Of a stretch of DNA of 64,000 bases, positions 60,251 through 64,000 are shown piece by piece. The notes beneath the pieces are model-generated. The model was not told the origin of the DNA. It saw only the letters and a program-made list of their open reading frames with translations, and made no database searches. The stretch's first letter is position 1. Each line of letters opens with the position of its first letter. Source of the DNA: Podospora anserina (Eukaryota); contig CM030336.1 of the NCBI GenBank assembly GCA_017654855.1, forward strand, positions 1,240,001-1,304,000, given 5' to 3'. The position numbers were made by a program, and so were the translations under genes.

Positions 60251-60988
60251 ATGTCCAAACAATCCACCCCCACCAAAACCCCCAAACCACCCCCCTCCAT
60301 CATCTCCACCCAAATCGGCTCTGACTACGACGACCTCGAGAACGACCCCCCAACACCCCCCTCCACCTCCTTCTCCTTCGCCAGCCCCTCTACCTCCCGT
60401 GCGTCATCTCCGCAGCGTCAGAAGATGTGCATCCCTCTGTCCCTCCCATATTGCAAAGAGGGTGCGATCCCCACACCAGGAAAGACTTACATCATTACCG
60501 CACTGCATCTTCCTTCCTCGCCGCATCCTCATTGCCCCACCGATGAGGAAGACAGCAGCAACCAGATCCTGAGGGCCATGACCCTATGTGGGGGGCAGCT
60601 CAAGCTGCAGGAGCTACGGCGGATGAATGTGACGACTGGGTGTTGGTTCTGGGAGTGCATCACCAAGGAAGGATGGCTTGGTTTTAGGAATGTGGCTAGT
60701 GGGACATATCTGGGCCAGAATGGAAAGCTGGAAGTGGTGGCGACTGCTCCGCACTGTAAAGCGTGGGAGTGGTTTTGCGTGAGGAGGGTTCCGTTTGTGG
60801 ATCGAGCTGGGGGGAAGGAGAAGGAGAGGGATGGGTATGTGTTGTTGATAAAGCATTGGGATACTTTGAGGTGGGTGGATGTGTCGATTGCGCCGGATGG
60901 GACGGTGAATAAGGAGAGGTGGTATTTGGCGGGAACGGACAGGGCGACGGTGTGGGGGTTTGTCGAGGTTGGGGAGCATGATGGGTGA
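60251..60988 (+). CDS. Hypothetical fungal protein (possible beta-trefoil-like fold)
   Basis: Pro/Ser-rich N-terminus, PTPGKTYII, WECITKEGWLGFRNVASGTYLG, WEWFCV. Fold assignment is inference. Confidence 0.7.
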   Translation: MSKQSTPTKTPKPPPSIISTQIGSDYDDLENDPPTPPSTSFSFASPSTSRASSPQRQKMCIPLSLPYCKEGAIPTPGKTYIITALHLPSSPHPHCPTDEEDSSNQILRAMTLCGGQLKLQELRRMNVTTGCWFWECITKEGWLGFRNVASGTYLGQNGKLEVVATAPHCKAWEWFCVRRVPFVDRAGGKEKERDGYVLLIKHWDTLRWVDVSIAPDGTVNKERWYLAGTDRATVWGFVEVGEHDG

Positions 60989-61152
60989 GGTGATGGGGTT
61001 GGGACGACATGGATGGTTGCAAGTATGAACGACGTTTATTCGATCGTGATACAACGTTTGATAAACGTTGGAAGCGCTTCTGAATACATAGTAGGAGTGA
61101 AGAAACAACCACCGGATAGCCTCTGCCTTCACCGCACCCAAGGCATTTCGCC

Positions 61153-62786
61153 TCAAGCCTCCCTCCTCGTAATCGTCACATTCATATGCTCATGCAGCGT
61201 CGCCCCATAGTTCCAATACTCAAACGGCTTCGCCGGGTCAGTCATGGCAAAGTCATATCTCAAAAACAACTGTCGGTCCCTATTGTCAGCATCATTCCCA
61301 TGCAGCTTTGATCAGATCAGCAACGAAAAACACTCACCTCGAACAACACCTTTCTCAACTCGGTATACGCCAACTTCTTCCCCAAGCACTCCCACCTCGT
61401 CCCCGAAGCAAACACCAACCCCTGCGTCAACTCCATCTCCTTCAACCTCTTGGGGTCCCTCTCCTCCACCCACCTGCTCGGATTAAACCTGTCTGCATCT
61501 TCCCCAAAAACACTCTTATTCCTCATGACGGTAAACTCGGATATCCCCACTGCCGTGCCCGCGGGGACTTGATATCCGCAAATGACATCATCCTTGTCAG
61601 AGCACTTGAGCTGCAGTCCCGAGATAGGCGGCCACATTCTCAACCCTTCCTTGATGACCGCATTCAGATAACCCAGTTCGAGCGCCTCAGCGTCAGCAAT
61701 AACCGGCCTGGTGACCTTCCCCGACCTGATCGCGTTGTCGATTTCCGCCTGAAGAGCACCGTACGCGGCGGGGGTGGTTGAAAGATAAAACACCGTCATC
61801 CTCAGCGCCGTGGCGGTAGTGTCGGTCCCCCCAAACAGCATGATCAACACCTCCGCCTCGACTTCTTGACGAGAGAGGTTACTCTCCACAAACCGCTGGA
61901 GGATGTCCTCCTCCCCTTTGGCCTTGTTCTCGTACCGGGCATCAACCCTGTCTTTGATCAGCCCAAGCAGCTTCCCCATCCCGTTGTTGTCATGCGGTTT
62001 GGGGAGCAGGCTTTTCACCAGGGGGTTGTTCATCAAGGAGATAATCACCGGAAACAATCCGAGAGTGGTGACGGTGGGGAGCATGCCCTCCAGGGTGCTG
62101 ATCGTGTTGTTGAAATCCTCGTCAACATCCAGATACCCAAAGGGAGTGGTGAACCCCAGCGCGGAGGTGGTGTCTTGGGTGAAGTAAAGGAACTTGCGCG
62201 CCATGTCCATGGGTCGGATGCCGGTTTCCTTGGAGGAGACGTATTTCTTCTCGATAAGCCCCAGAAGCTTCCCGACTTGGGTGTCGATCACGCCTTCTTG
62301 TGTGGTTATTCCTTTGGCGTTATACCCCGGGAGGACGTTGCTGCGGATGCGGTGGTGGACTTTGTTCTCGTTAGCGGTGAGGATGTTATCGTTGGCTGGG
62401 TCGAAGCGGAAGCCGTTGTACCAGACGTCGCGGTGCCAGCCTGAGTGGACGGACCACATCCGGCGGATCTCTTTGGTGTCGCTGCAGATGAGCCTGTTGT
62501 GATGATGGAGTTAGTCTGAATACGCGGGACGTAGGCGAGTTGGAGGGTGTCTTTACCAGTTCGGTCCAACCCTTGCCAACGGTCCATACTCGCCGGCGAC
62601 TTCGGCAAGCGCATTTGGGATCCTGCCCGCCATGGTTTTGTTGAAAATCCATGATCGAGACAGTGCCGCCCCAGCAGGGCCGGGGATATGCCGGAGCCGG
62701 AGATAGGTCTTGATCCTGGACGCAAAAATGTACAAGACTGATGAGACCAGAACGCCCGTCAGGACGATGCTGTTGAAGATGACCAT
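61153..62786 (-). CDS. Cytochrome P450 (pisatin-demethylase-like), 3 exons
   Basis: N-terminal TM plus IPGP, GGTDTT I-helix, EGLR, FNPSRW, heme loop FASGTRWECLG. Last exon LFLRYDF...TRREA*. Introns about 62495-62556 and 61270-61338. Confidence 0.92.
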
Positions 62787-64000
62787 CTTTCACCGTTTTT
62801 GCTCTTTTACGAGAAAAAGAGAGAAAAAGACCAGGAAAGCATGCGACGGTCCCTGGGACATCTGCCCCCGGTGGGATGGGACCCGGCCTTTTCATAAAGC
62901 CCATCCTTGATACCCTTGAAGAAACCCACAATGACCTGCATGAGTCTGCAGCTCAAAGTGGTATTCCGACCCTGTAGACGACGCTTGATAGTGGATTCAA
63001 TGGCTTCGTAGGGGGTACGTAGCCAGCCATTCGCCAGTGAGAAGTCAGAATTCGTCATGAACCTTGTTTGTGAGGCCTGTTGCAAAAAGTCGTGGCATGC
63101 AGGCCACTGCTTCCGTATCAGATAGTTGCTGCGCCCCCCCTTCTTGAGAATTGATGGATTTGGTAAGCGTGCGGGGACAGATGCCGGGTTCGCATGGCGA
63201 TTTTGTGGTTTTGGGTCTTGGTAACACAAATCATTCGTCGACAGATCTTGCGTGTGCATGCGAGTGGCCGAATGGTTTAACCGCCGATCACAGTCAGCTT
63301 TTGCGTGTTTCTTGTTCGGCGAGATAAGGTGCCGGGTGGTGGTTGTTATTAAGCAGCAATTCGCCTCTGACGATATTGGATTGGATTATGGCCGAATGCC
63401 CAAGTGGTGACGCTCCAGATGTTCCAAGAAGTGTTTATTAATGCTGCCCAGAAGCCCACTTCAGCCCGGCTCAGTCATCAAACAGCAGGTGTAGTAGGTA
63501 GCGATTCTGGTTGTAGCCTATTGGATCATAGCTACGACTGACTGGTTGTCCTTACTGAGCCTCGAGACGTGCTCGTGTCTTCGTACATGGATCAGATGGG
63601 AGGAGGGGGGTGCTGGTGAGTGGTTTTCAGAAAAGACCAGTAATCAGAAGGCGGGAGCGCGTCGCCCATCGCAACCCTAGGTACCTAAGGTACCTGCTCA
63701 ACAATCGTGCCCAACTCCTCTGGGCAATACTTGTTGCACAGTGTCTTCATGTTGGTCATGATATTAAGCCAACGTACTAGCCCTGATCTTGACGCCAAGA
63801 AACACAAAAAGCAAGGCAGCACGACTCACATCTCTCGAGGATCTGACCCCGGAATAAGAACCGCAGCCGAAAGATCAAAGCGGAGCGAGTACAACGGATT
63901 CCTATCATCCCACTCCTCAACTACCCCCATCATTAGCACCACCTCCCTTGAGTCTCAACTTGTTGAAAGGTAAAGGCCTACCAGGTTCATCAGGCGGAAA

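Noticed and set aside
1-64000. Starship or other giant mobile element suggested by arsH, HET and NLR cargo-like genes
   Set aside because: No tyrosine-recombinase captain or element boundary seen, and core genes (apsB, GPCR) are interspersed.

Overview
Filamentous ascomycete genomic DNA, most likely Sordariales (Podospora-like). This is inferred from GT-AG introns with CTRAC branch sites, HET-domain and NACHT genes, and a RIP-mutated pogo/Fot1 transposon. Recognisable genes are an ABM-fold protein, a BBE-like FAD oxidoreductase, two intact HET-domain genes plus one HET pseudogene, an F-box pseudogene, a NACHT NLR, a CE1 esterase with CBM1, an Hsp20 carrying a 10-Cys insert, a GH94 cellobionic-acid-phosphorylase-like gene, a cAMP-receptor-like GPCR, arsH, an apsB/mto1 orthologue, a P450 and several unknown ORFs. 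The main find, not visible as whole genes in the ORF track, lies at 42.4-48.9 kb between arsH and apsB. It is an array of five diverged paralogous two-exon mini-genes. They share a non-secreted Cys motif, CxC-x(6-9)-C-x(4-5)-C-x(7-9)-[C/H]xxC-x(3-4)-C, split by an identically placed phase-0 intron, and a conserved C-terminal helix. One copy looks intact; the other four carry only one or two point lesions each. All gene models were derived by eye; no database searches were run.
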